Assembly: GCA_963747235.1 (NCBI GenBank)
Contig: CAVVEU010000020.1
Location: forward strand, 133,685 to 197,684
DNA from: an uncultured Candidatus Rokubacteria bacterium
GTDB lineage: Bacteria; Methylomirabilota; Methylomirabilia; Rokubacteriales; CSP1-6
Direction of reading: 5' to 3'
DNA: 64,000 nucleotides
Part shown: piece after piece, positions 32,243 through 42,351 of the stretch
How the letters are laid out: the number at the start of each line of letters is the position of its first letter
How positions within the stretch are numbered: position 1 is the stretch's first letter
Notes under the pieces: generated by a model
The model's input: only the letters and a program-made list of their open reading frames with translations
What the model was told of the DNA's origin: nothing
Databases searched by the model: none
Program-made: the position numbers and the translations under genes

Positions 32243-32936
32243 GTGCCGCCCACCGCATCGCCCGATTCCCGGGCCCGCTCGCGCTTCCGCCGCCGCCTGC
32301 TCGCACTGGTACGGCCGCCACCGGCGGCGACCTGCCGTGGCGCCGCACCGAGGACCCGTACCACATCCTCGTCTCCGAGATCATGCTCCAGCAGACGCAG
32401 GTGGAGCGGGTCGTGCCCAAGTACCACGAGTTCCTCGATCGCTACCCGACGCTCGAGGCTCTGGCCCGGGCTCGGCGCCCGACGACGTCCGGCGCCTCTG
32501 GTATCCGCTCGGCTACAACGTCCGCCCGCTCAACCTGCACGGGATCGCGCGCGAGACGGTGGCCAGCTACGGCGGGCGGCTGCCCGACGACGCGGGCGCG
32601 CTCCGGGGCATGCGCGGCATCGGCCGCTACACCGCGGGGGCCCTGCTCTGCTTCGCCTACGGGCGCGCCGTGCCCATCGTGGACACCAATGTGCGCCGGG
32701 TGCTGGGGCGCGTGTTCCTGGGGCCGCGGCGGCTGGCCCGGCTGCGCGGCCAGAAGACCATGTGGGATCTGGCGGGCGCGCTCGTGCCGCGGCGGCGCTC
32801 CTACGACTACAACCAGGCGCTCATGGACTTCGGCGCCACCTGGTGCACCGCGCGGGCGCCGCGCTGTCGCCCCTGCCCCATGAAGCGCTTCTGCGCGACC
32901 TATCGAGCCACCGGGAGCTCAGATGGCCGCGCTTGA
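32243..32936 (+). CDS. mutY: A/G-specific adenine glycosylase, short form without C-terminal Nudix-like domain (frameshifted)
   Basis: [55 protein letters not shown]...[12 protein letters not shown]. Confidence 0.9.
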
Positions 32937-33670
32937 CGGCAAGGTCGCGATCGTGGCCGGGGGCGGCACCGGCATCGGCCGGGCCATCGCGGAGCGCTTC
33001 GCGCGGGAGGGCGCGCGCGTGGCCGTCTTCGGCCGGCGTCCGGAGCCGCTGCGAGAGGTCGCGAGCGCGATCACGGGCGCCGGCGGGACCGCGCTGGCGA
33101 TCGCGGGCGACGCGGGCGTCGAGCGCGACGTGGCCGGCCTGGTGGCGGCCGCCCGGACCGAGTGGGGCGGCGTGGACGTCCTGGTCAACTCGGCGGCGGT
33201 GCGGCTTCAGTCGCCGCTGACCGAGATCTCGGCCGCCGACTTCGCGGAGGTGCTGCGCATCAACCTGGTCGGCGCCTTCGTGCTGACCAAGCTCGTGACG
33301 GGGCCGATGCGCGAGCGCGGCGGCGGCAGCATCATCCACATCGGCTCCGCTCTCGGCATGGTGGCCGCGCCGTTCTTCTCGCCCTACGTGGCCTCCAAGG
33401 GCGGGCTCAACGCGCTGGCCCGCGCCGCCGCCGTCGAGCTGGTCCAGGACGGCATCCGCGTCAACGTCGTGGCGCCCGGCACCATCGACACCGCGATCAA
33501 CACGGGCGTGAGCGAGTTCCGGCGCAACATGCTGGCGCATCGCATCCCGATCGGGCGCGCGGGGCACGTGGACGACATCGCGTCCGGCGTGTCTCTACCT
33601 CGCGTCGGACGCTTCGCGCTACGTCACCGGCTCCACCCTGGCGGTGGACGGCGGGTGGACCGCTTCATGA
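32923..33670 (+). CDS. SDR-family oxidoreductase (frameshift near 33590)
   Basis: GGGTGIG, VNSA, YVASK, NVVAPG, TGSTLAVDGG. Confidence 0.88.
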
Positions 33671-34095
33671 GTTCTCAGCAGGACAGCCCTCCTGCGAGCC
33701 CCGAGCGAAGTGAGGGGCATATCGAAGTCGTGGCGGCGGTGATCGAGCGCGGGGGCCGGATCCTCATCGCGCGGCGGCACGCCGGCAGCCATCTGGGCGG
33801 GCTCTGGGAGTTTCCCGGCGGGAAGCGGCAGGATGGCGAGACGGCGGAGGCGGCGCTGGTCCGGGAGATCCGCGAGGAGCTGGACGCGGCGGTGTCGGTC
33901 GGCGAGCTGCTGGACGACGTCGAGTGGCGCTATCCCGAGAAGACGGTGCGGCTGCGCTTCTTTCAGTGCGCGCTCGAGGGAGAGCCGCGCGCCGCCGAGG
34001 GCCAGGAGATCGCCTGGGTGGCGCCGGCGGATCTGGGCGGCTACGAGTTTCCGCCCGCGGACGAAGGCCTCGTCGCGCGGCTCAGGCGCCGCTGA
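33667..34095 (+). CDS. mutT: MutT/NudG-like Nudix hydrolase
   Basis: LWEFPGGKRQDGETAEAALVREIREE Nudix box; FPPAD. Confidence 0.85.
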   Translation: MSSQQDSPPASPERSEGHIEVVAAVIERGGRILIARRHAGSHLGGLWEFPGGKRQDGETAEAALVREIREELDAAVSVGELLDDVEWRYPEKTVRLRFFQCALEGEPRAAEGQEIAWVAPADLGGYEFPPADEGLVARLRRR

Positions 34096-35962
34096 CCGCG
34101 AGCGCTTCGCGGCGCCGGCGGGCGGTCAGCAGCAGGATCCCCGCGTAGAGGACCAGGCCCACCGCCTGCAGCGCTCCCGTGCGCACGATCAGCAGGCCCG
34201 CCGCCACGAGGCATAGCCAGCGCAGCCAGCCCGTGACGGGCCCCGCCGCGTGGCCGACCACGAAGGACGCGAGCGCGATCGCCGAGACCGCGGCCAGGGC
34301 CGACATCAGGACGATCTGCGGCCAGCTCCCGCGCAGCAGCAGCTCCTGGTGGTAGACGAAGGCGAACGGGACGAGGAAGCCCGCGATGCCCAGGCGGAAG
34401 GCCTCGATCCCGGTGGCGAACATGTCGGCGCCCGCGATGTTGGCCGCCGCGAACGCGGTGACCGCGTCGGGCGGCGTGAGATCGGACAGCACCGCGTAGT
34501 AGAAGACGAAGAGGTGCGCGGCGAGCAGGCTCACGCCGAGATTGCCCATGGCCGCCGCGCCCACCGTGACCGCGATGACGTAGGCCGCGGTGGTCGGGAT
34601 GCCGGTGCCGAGCACGGACACCACGAGGAAGACGAGCATCATGGCCACCAGCAGGATGCCGCCGCGCCATCTGGACCACGACCCCGCCGAAGGCCAGCGC
34701 GGCGCCGGTGCGCGTCAGCACGCCCACGATCATGCCCGAGCCGGCCAGCGCCACCGCGATGGTCGCGGCCGAGAACGAGGCCTCGGTGAGCGCCTCCCAG
34801 CACCGGCGCGGGGTCATCCACGTCTGCCGGTCGAGGAAGGAGAGCACGAAGGTCACCACGATCGTGTAGAAGGCGGCGCCGGTCGGCGAGTAGCCCTCGG
34901 CCAGCAGGTACACGATGAGGCCGAACGGGATGACGAAGTAGCCGCGCCGCAGCACCGGGCCCCAGGAGGGCAGCTCCGACCGCGGCACGGCCTGCATGCC
35001 GTAGCGCAGGGCCAGGAAGTGCACCATCGCCATCAGGCCCACGTAGTAGAGGATGGCCGGGATCGCGGCGGCCTTGATGATCTCGAAGTACGAGATCCCG
35101 GTGACCTCGGACATGATGAACACGCCCGCGCCCATGACCGGCGGCATGATCTGCCCGCCGGTGCCCGCGATGGCCTCGATGGCGGCCGCGTTCTTCGGCG
35201 GTGTAGCCGCCCTTCTTCATGAGCGGGATCGTGAAGGAGCCGGTGGCGTAGACATTGGCCACCGTCGAGCCCGAGATCGTGCCGAAGAGCGCGGAGGCGA
35301 TGACCGCGATCTTGGCGGGGCCGCCGCGGGCCCAGCCGGCCAGGCGCACCGCCAGGTCGATGACGAACTCCCCGACCCCGGCCTTCATCATCACCGCCGC
35401 GAACAGGACGTAGATGAAGAGGATGTTCGACGAGATGCCGGTGAGGAAGCCGTACATGCCCTCGTCGCCGGCCAGGTAGACGAACTCGACCATGCGCGGG
35501 AACGTGTAGCCCTTGAAGTTGAAGAGGCCGGGGATCCACTGGCTGGTGGCCAGGTAGACGAGCGAGACGCAGATGGTGACCGCCATCCAGGGCGACAGCG
35601 ATCGGCGGCAGGCCTCGATGACGAGCACGGCCATGAACGAGCCGATGACCACCTCGATCGGGCAGCACCGGCGAGGCGCCTTCCCAGCGGTGATTGAGGC
35701 GGTCCGCGTCCCAGATCAGGTACAGGCTGCCGACCGCGGTGAGCGCGGCCCACAGCCAGTCGAAGGCGCTCGGCCGCGTGCGCGGCGAGCGGGCATTGAA
35801 CGGGAACGCGACGAAGACCAGCGGGATCAGGAACAGCAGGTGCACCGAGCGCTGCAGCCGCGGCTCGAGCGTGCCATAGCCCGCGGTGTAGAGATGGAAG
35901 AGGGCGGCCGCCGCCGCGTAGGCGCCGGCCGCCCAGTAGACCCACCCCTCGAGCTTTCTGAT
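34082..35962 (-). CDS. TRAP transporter fused 4TM/12TM permease (frameshifted)
   Basis: RGGPAKIAVIAS, GTISGSTVANV, GGQIMPPVMGAG, LGTGIPTTAAY, SDLTPP; apparent start ATC behind GGAGGT. Confidence 0.9.
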
Positions 35963-35985
35963 TCGCTACCTCCGGCGTGTCCGGA

Positions 35986-36996
35986 CTACTTGAGCCAGCC
36001 CTTTTCCTTGTAGTACCGCTCGGCGCCCGGGTGGAGCGCGACGCCCAGGAAGAGGTGCCCCTTGGAGGGCTCGTAGTCGGCGAGGCTCCCGTGGATCTTG
36101 CGGACGCGGTCCGCGTTGTCGTTCAGCGCCTTGGTGATGTTGTACGCCATCTCGTTCGACATGCTGGTCGACACCGTGATGGTGGTGCCCATGGTGGCGG
36201 ACACCACCGGCTCGTTGCCGTTCGCGGCCTTGGGATACGTGCCGGGCGGGATGACGCCCTCGCCCATGCCGAACTTGCCGAGGTGCTCGAGCAGCGGCTT
36301 CGGGAACGCGAGGATCTTGAGATCCCGCCCGACCGAGGCCTCGGTGATGGAGGCGCCGGGCAGGGCCAGGAAGGTGAAGGTCCCGTCCACGTTGCGGTCC
36401 TTGAAGGCGCCGGCCTGCTCCGAGTAGGAGCCGCGGAAGAACTTGGTGCCCGCCGCCTCCCAGGTCTTGTAGCAGTCCGGGGTCTTGCCGGGCGGGCAGT
36501 AGCCGTAGAACTCCATGATCTTCTCGAAGACCCAGACGTCGGAGGAGCCGGGCTTGGAGATGGCCAGGCGCATCGGCTTCTTGGTCTTGAAGATCTCCTC
36601 CATCGTCATCTTGGCGAACGGCGAGTCCGCCGCCACGTAGAAGTGGAAGGTGTTGAGGCTCATGTTGCCCGCGACCGCGCGGAGCTTGTCCATCTTCTGA
36701 TCGGGGTACGGGTCCTCGCCGCGGACGGCGGCGCCCAGCAGCGGCGGCAGGCCCATGCCGAGATCGGCGTCGCCCTTCTGGACGAGGAGCGGGTTCTGGG
36801 TGCCCCCGCCCGGGATGACCTTGATGTTGAGGCCGGCCTTCTCCCGCAGCAGCTCGGCCATGCCGCCCGAGATGGTGTACCAGCCGCCGCCCACCGCGCC
36901 GGCCGTCCACGTCAGCGACTGTTGCGCGGCCGCGCCGCCGGCGAGCGCCGCGACCAGGGCCAGAGTCATCACCGCGAGCCCGAAACGTTTCAGCAT
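35986..36996 (-). CDS. TAXI-family TRAP substrate-binding protein
   Basis: Signal peptide, TAGAVGGGWY, IPPGTYP, LHPGAERYYKEKG. Confidence 0.92.
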   Translation of the reverse strand: MLKRFGLAVMTLALVAALAGGAAAQQSLTWTAGAVGGGWYTISGGMAELLREKAGLNIKVIPGGGTQNPLLVQKGDADLGMGLPPLLGAAVRGEDPYPDQKMDKLRAVAGNMSLNTFHFYVAADSPFAKMTMEEIFKTKKPMRLAISKPGSSDVWVFEKIMEFYGYCPPGKTPDCYKTWEAAGTKFFRGSYSEQAGAFKDRNVDGTFTFLALPGASITEASVGRDLKILAFPKPLLEHLGKFGMGEGVIPPGTYPKAANGNEPVVSATMGTTITVSTSMSNEMAYNITKALNDNADRVRKIHGSLADYEPSKGHLFLGVALHPGAERYYKEKGWLK

Positions 36997-37021
36997 CGGT
37001 CCTGCCTCCTGTCTTCGCGAC

Positions 37022-38179
37022 TCAGAACATGTTGGCTTCGGCGCGCAGCCTTCCCGCGGCGAAGCGGTCGAGGGTTAATGCGCCAATATCCATGCTGCGG
37101 GCGCGCCCGTCAAGGAGCATCTCGGTCATCAGGATGCCGATGGCGGGCGAGTGCATGAAGCCGTGCCCGGAAAAGCCGCAGGCCACGTGGAAGCCGGGCG
37201 CCTGCGCCGCCGGGCCGAGGATGCCGTGGTAGTCGGGCGTGAGATCGCGCACCCCCGCGTAGGCCCGCATCACCTGGGCAGAGGCCAGCGGGGGCACCCG
37301 GAGGGCCGCGGCGCGGAAGACCGCCTCGAAGGCGTCCCAGTCGACATTGGTGTCGTGCCCGGGCTTGATGTCCTTGTCGGTGCCGCCCATGAGCACCGCG
37401 CTCAGCCCCTGCCGGTGGACGTAGAAGCCGGTGTCGAGATCGACGATCAAAGGGAAGACTTGCGGCAGAACCGGCAGCGGCTCGGTCACCATCACCTGGC
37501 GCCGGTAGGGCTTCGACGGGATGTCCACGCCGGCCATGGCGCCGATCTCGTCCGCGTGGGGCCCCGCGCAGTCGATCACGATCGGGGCGGACCATTCCTC
37601 GCTCGGCGTCGTCACGCCGGTCACCCGCTCGCCGGCCTTCACGATGCCGGTGACGGGCTGCCCGGTCAGCAGGCGCAGGCCTCGGCTCCGCGCCACCGCC
37701 AGGAACCCCGAGAGCAGCGAGTACGGGTCGGCCGAGCCGTCGTCCGCGCAGAAGGTGCCCCCGAGCAGGTCGGCGGTCACGAGGGGCGCCAGGTGCGTCT
37801 GGATCTCGGACGGCGTCAGGAGCTCGCTCGCCACGCCGAGCCCGCGCTGCAGGTCCACGTTCTGGCGGCACTGGGCGAGGGTGCCCGCGTCGGTCGTCAC
37901 GAAGAGATAGCCGTGGCGCAGGAAGTCCACCGAGCGGCCGAGGATCTCGCGGTCGTGGGTGAAGTAGCGGTACGAGAGCTGGGTGAGGCGGATATTGGCT
38001 TCGGTGGAGAACTGGAAGCGCACGCCGCCGGTGGCCTTCGAGGTGGCCCCGGTCCCCGGCTCCGTCTCCTTCTCGAGCATGACCACGCGCAGGCGCGGGT
38101 CGCGCTCGAGGAGATGGTAGGCGATGGAGCCGCCGATGATGCCGGCGCCGATGATGACGACGTCGGCGGTCTGGGTCAC
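37022..38179 (-). CDS. FAD-dependent oxidoreductase (DadA/sarcosine oxidase beta-like)
   Basis: IIGAGIIG, ATSKATGGVR, TPDYHGILG, GFSGHGFMHSPAIG. Confidence 0.88.
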   Translation of the reverse strand: MTQTADVVIIGAGIIGGSIAYHLLERDPRLRVVMLEKETEPGTGATSKATGGVRFQFSTEANIRLTQLSYRYFTHDREILGRSVDFLRHGYLFVTTDAGTLAQCRQNVDLQRGLGVASELLTPSEIQTHLAPLVTADLLGGTFCADDGSADPYSLLSGFLAVARSRGLRLLTGQPVTGIVKAGERVTGVTTPSEEWSAPIVIDCAGPHADEIGAMAGVDIPSKPYRRQVMVTEPLPVLPQVFPLIVDLDTGFYVHRQGLSAVLMGGTDKDIKPGHDTNVDWDAFEAVFRAAALRVPPLASAQVMRAYAGVRDLTPDYHGILGPAAQAPGFHVACGFSGHGFMHSPAIGILMTEMLLDGRARSMDIGALTLDRFAAGRLRAEANMF

Positions 38180-38192
38180 GAGCGCGGAGGGA

Positions 38193-38921
38193 TCAGGCGG
38201 GGCGCGGCGCCAGCCCGTGGCGCACCGCCTCGTGCACCATGCGGACCAGCGTCGTGATGTCGAAGACGGGCAGGCCGGTGAGCGCCTGGATGTCGGCTCG
38301 GTAGGGCGGCATGTTCGTGCACTCGAGCACGAGGGCGCCGATCTCGGGGTGCGCGTCCATCATGCGCCGGACCACCGTGAGGTGCTCCTGGCGCGCGGTC
38401 TCCACGTCGAGCGTGAGCTGATCGTCGAGCATCACGCGGGTGAACTCCTTCTCGGTCTCGAGCCCCGCCACCACCACCGGGACGTCCGGGGCGATCCCCG
38501 CCCCCGCCATGTGCTCGGCGTTGAGCGCGGAGGCGTTCACGGTGAGGATGCCGACCGCGCGCCCCGCGGGCAGCATGCGGTGCACCAGCGGCACCAGCAT
38601 GAGGCTCGAGGTGAACACGGGGATGGAGACGGAGGCGGCCAGCTCGGGCTGGAACTTGGCGAGGAACCCGCAGTTGGTGGTGACCGCGCGCACGCCCTCG
38701 CGCTCGAGGAAGCGCGCGCCCTCGATGAAGCTCGGCAGCAGCTCCCGCTGGCCCTGGCGCACGACCCGGTCCGGCGAGGCGCCGGTCACGCGGTGATAGC
38801 GCACCGGAAAGTCGAAGGTGGTGGCATTGCCCATGTCGCCCGGGATGCGCGGGAACTGGGTGTCGAGCATCAGGATGCCCACCGAGAAGCCGTAGAGGTT
38901 CTGCCCGCCCTGGACGCGCAT
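38193..38921 (-). CDS. Asp/Glu/hydantoin racemase-family protein
   Basis: GILMLDTQFPRIPGDMGN, TTNCGF, LECTNMPPY (two catalytic Cys). Confidence 0.85.
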   Translation of the reverse strand: MRVQGGQNLYGFSVGILMLDTQFPRIPGDMGNATTFDFPVRYHRVTGASPDRVVRQGQRELLPSFIEGARFLEREGVRAVTTNCGFLAKFQPELAASVSIPVFTSSLMLVPLVHRMLPAGRAVGILTVNASALNAEHMAGAGIAPDVPVVVAGLETEKEFTRVMLDDQLTLDVETARQEHLTVVRRMMDAHPEIGALVLECTNMPPYRADIQALTGLPVFDITTLVRMVHEAVRHGLAPRPA

Positions 38922-38936
38922 GAGAGGAGCCTGATG

Positions 38937-39772
38937 CTAGTTGAGCTGCGCCAGCTTCTGGCGGACTCGCCGGAGCTGGTTGCGCACCTGGCTCGTGATC
39001 GGCCGCGTTGGGGAAGTCGGTGAGGTACTGCTCCCAGTCGGCCACCCCGCGCTCGAGCCGTCCCATGTTGCTCCAGGCCGCGCCGCGGTCGCGCCGCTCC
39101 CCCGCCGAGGCGGGATTGAGCACGAGCAGCCGGTCGATCACCCCGACCACCTTGTCCCAGGCCTCCCGGCGCCAGTAGACGCCCTTCAGGTTGGCGAGCA
39201 TCCGGGTCAGGAACTGCCGGTTGCCCACCGGCGCGAAGTGCTCAGGGGCGAGCCGCACCGGCCGCCCCAGGGCCTGGCTGACCAGCTCCCGGCAGCTCTC
39301 CGTCGTCAGGAGCGCGCCGCGGTTGAAGGGATCGAGGAGCACCTGCTCGCCCGCGATGCGCGCGCCGGTGATGAAGTGCCCGGGCAGCCCGATGCCCTCC
39401 ATCTCGAGATCGAGCCGGCGCCCGACCTCGATGAGCACGAGGGACAGCGTGATCGGGATGCCGAGCCGCCGATCGAGGACTTCGTTGAGATGGCTGTTGC
39501 GCGGGTCGAAGTAGTCCTCGCGGTCCCCCGAGAAGCCCAGCTCCTCGAAGAGGTACTCCCGGAGCCGGTGGAGACGGCCGAGGGCGTCGTCGACGCGGCG
39601 GGCCGGCTCGGCGGCCTCGGCCAGCGCGGAGAGGCGCCCGAGATAGTCGTCCACGTCGAGCTCGGGCTGGTCGCCGGCCGCGATCAGCAGGGCGGCGTGG
39701 GCGAGATGGATCTGGTCGTCCGGGCGATCCACCGCGCACGGCGAAGGCGGCCAGCCGAGGGTCGGCGTCCAT
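38937..39772 (-). CDS. SirB1/transglutaminase-like plus TPR protein
   Basis: GFSGDREDYFDPRNSHLNEVLDRRLGIPITLS, GIGLPGHF, DPFN, RMLANLK, ERRDRG. Confidence 0.88.
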
Positions 39773-40431
39773 CAACACCCGGGCGCGTGGTGGATGCCGG
39801 CGGTCCGGAGCGCCGCGCCCTGCAGCTCTTCCGCGAGCGCCAGCGTGCGCGCGGAGACCCGCCGCGCCGCCTCCTGCGTCTCCGGCGTGGTGGCGAGCTT
39901 GAGCAGGAGCGAGCGGCCGAGCTGGTGATGGAAGCGCTCGTCCGGCTCGATGACGTCACGGTAGAGCGTGGCGGTGACCCGGTCGCCCGCGCGGTCGCAG
40001 AACTCGATGAACTGGCGGTTCTTCACCACCGCGATCGCCTCGCGGGTGAACTGGCCGGCCGCCACCCGCTCGACGGTGGTCTCGAGCGAGTCGAGGTACT
40101 TGAAGAGCGGCCCGAACCCCTGCGCGAGCGGATCGAAGCTGCGCGCGTCGAAGCCGAGCTCCCCGAGCCGCTCGGCGATCATCCGGTAGTGCTTGGCCTC
40201 GTCGCCGGCCTGGCGCGCGAAGGCCATCTTCACCTCGACGTCGGCCGTGACGACCAGCCAGCGCGCCGCGATCTCGGTGGCCTCGATCTCGTTCTTGAGC
40301 GCGACCTTCAGGAGATTCGTGACGTTCAGAGCGCCCGAGACCTCGGGCTTGAGCGTGGCCTCGGGCTCGAGGCGGCGCAGGACGGCCTGGTTCGTCTCGT
40401 CGAGCTGGGCGACGAACTCGGCGGCGGTCAC
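39772..40431 (-). CDS. Ferritin-like (di-iron) domain protein
   Basis: Paired E...DEAKH and E...DERFH motifs in a helical protein. Confidence 0.75.
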   Translation of the reverse strand: MTAAEFVAQLDETNQAVLRRLEPEATLKPEVSGALNVTNLLKVALKNEIEATEIAARWLVVTADVEVKMAFARQAGDEAKHYRMIAERLGELGFDARSFDPLAQGFGPLFKYLDSLETTVERVAAGQFTREAIAVVKNRQFIEFCDRAGDRVTATLYRDVIEPDERFHHQLGRSLLLKLATTPETQEAARRVSARTLALAEELQGAALRTAGIHHAPGC

Positions 40432-40778
40432 GCGGCGAGCCCGCGCTGCAGGAGCTCGGGCAGCTCCTGGGTCAGCGTTTCCTTGGTCACGACCCGGCGG
40501 CAGCGCGCGTGCAGGGGCTGGGTCGTGCGCGCCAGCGCGTGGGTGGTGTAGCCGAGCACCGGTGCGCGCGGGCACGCGCTCCAGCGCCGCGAAGATCGCG
40601 TCGTAGTCCCAGCCGTTGGTGGTCAGATCCACGATGACCAGAGCGGGCGGCTCGCCTTCGAGGGCCGCGGTCAGCTCCTCGGGGGTGCGGGCGAAGACCA
40701 GCGGGGTGCCGACCAGGCGGGCGGTCTCCCGGATGCGGGCGACGAAGAACAGATCCGGACGACGGCGACGGCCTTGAT
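40428..40778 (-). CDS. Small atypical receiver-like (CheY-like) protein (frameshifted)
   Basis: Reconstructed VAVVPDLFFVARIRETARLVG...PALVIVDL...LGYTTH...VVTKETLTQELPELL. Confidence 0.55.
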
Positions 40779-40791
40779 GGGGCGGCTCCGC

Positions 40792-41340
40792 CTAGTCGTC
40801 CTGCTCCTGGATGCCGAGCCAGTACTTGTTCCACTCGGCCAGGTGCGTGAGCGTCGACAGGTCGCGCATGCGGTCGACGTAGACGATGCCGTTCAGGTGA
40901 TCGGTCTCGTGCTGGATCACCCGGGCGAAGAACTCCTTGGCCACCACCTCGATCGGGTTGCCCTCGCGGTCGCGGGCCTCGAGCCGCACCGAGCCTGCGC
41001 GCGGGACGATGCCGCGCATGTCCGGCACGGAGAGGCAGCCCTCCCAGCCGTCTTCCATCTCGTCGGTGAGCGGGGTCACCACCGGGTTGATCAGGACGGT
41101 GAGCGGGATCGCGGGCGCGTCGGGGTAGCGCGGGTTGCCGTTCACCTCGATCACGCAGATCTGCTTGAGCGCGTGGACCTGTGGCGCGGCCAGGCCGGCG
41201 CCGTTGTACTCCCTCATCGTCTCGATCATGTCGTCGATCAGCCGCTGGGTCTCCGGGGAACGGATCTCGCTCACCGGGACGGGAGCGGCGACCTTGCGAA
41301 GCACCGGGTGTCCGAGACGCGCGACTTTCAGGATGGCCAT
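40792..41340 (-). CDS. def: Peptide deformylase
   Basis: GAGLAAPQ, EGCLS, HETDHLNG; upstream TGCTACAAT extended -10 and GAGGAG SD. Confidence 0.96.
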   Translation of the reverse strand: MAILKVARLGHPVLRKVAAPVPVSEIRSPETQRLIDDMIETMREYNGAGLAAPQVHALKQICVIEVNGNPRYPDAPAIPLTVLINPVVTPLTDEMEDGWEGCLSVPDMRGIVPRAGSVRLEARDREGNPIEVVAKEFFARVIQHETDHLNGIVYVDRMRDLSTLTHLAEWNKYWLGIQEQDD

Positions 41341-41410
41341 GCCGATCTCCTCTCGCGGTCGGATTGTAGCATAGGCGCTCGAGCGCTCCGGAAGCCGGCC
41401 AGGACGGGAT

Positions 41411-42351
41411 TCACGCCTCGTTCTCCAGGTAGATCCGAGCGTTACGGCGGAGACCCGAAGGCTTCGCTCGAAGCAGGGGCGTCCCCGCGAAGCGGCGGCG
41501 GAGGGCTTCGTCGTCCATGGCCGAGACCGCGGCTGCGCCGGGGAATGGCGCGGGCGGCTCGAAGGCCGCTTCCCTGGTGGTGGGCGCCTTCCGGTTCCAG
41601 GGACAGACGTCCTGGCAGATATCGCAGCCGAACTGCCAGCCGGCCATCCCGGCGTGGGCCTCCGGAGCGATGTCGCCGCGATGCTCGATCGTGAGATAGG
41701 ACACGCAGCGCCGGGCGTCGAGCACGTAGGGCGCGACGAAGGCGCCCGTCGGGCAGGCGTCGAGGCAGGCGCGGCAGGTGCCGCAGCGATCGGCGAGCGG
41801 CTCATCGTGGGCCAGCTCGGCGGTGGTCAGCAGCACGCCGATGAAGAACCAGGAGCCGAGTCGCGGGTTGAGCAGCATGGTGTTCTTGCCGATCCAGCCG
41901 AGGCCGGCCCGCGCGGCCAGGTCCCGCTCGAGCACGGGCCCGGTGTCCACGTAGCCTCGGCTACGCGCGCCGGCGGTCTCGGCCAGATGCGCGGCGAGCC
42001 GCTCGAGCCGCGGGCCGATCACGTCGTGATAGTCGCGGCCCCAGGCGTAGCGGGCCACCGGCCGCCAGGAGGGGTCGGGCGTCTCGCCCTGGTAGTAGTT
42101 GAGCGCCACGCAGACGACGGAGCGCGCCCCGGGCAGGACGCGCGCGGGGTCGAGGCGCTCCTCCACCCGACGCTCCAGGTAGCCCATGGTGCCCGCGTGG
42201 CCCGCTTCCAGCCACCGACGGAGGGCGGGGCCATGCTCGGGCGGCGTGGCCGGGCCCGCGGTCACGAGGTCGAAGCCCAGCTCGAGCGCGAGGGCCTTGA
42301 CCGAATCGGTGAGCGTGTGCCGCGTCAGGTCATCGCCGGCGCTCGGCTCAC
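41411..42351 (-). CDS. queG: tRNA epoxyqueuosine(34) reductase
   Basis: ARYAWGRDYH, VDTGPVLER, GLGWIGKN, CGTCRACLDACP, GCDICQDVCPWN; start approximate. Confidence 0.93.

Noticed and set aside
32923-34095. Apparent SDR-MutT fusion (390 aa)
   Set aside because: An indel near 33590 hides the SDR C-terminus (TGSTLAVDGGWTAS*), which overlaps the mutT ATG in an ATGA arrangement.
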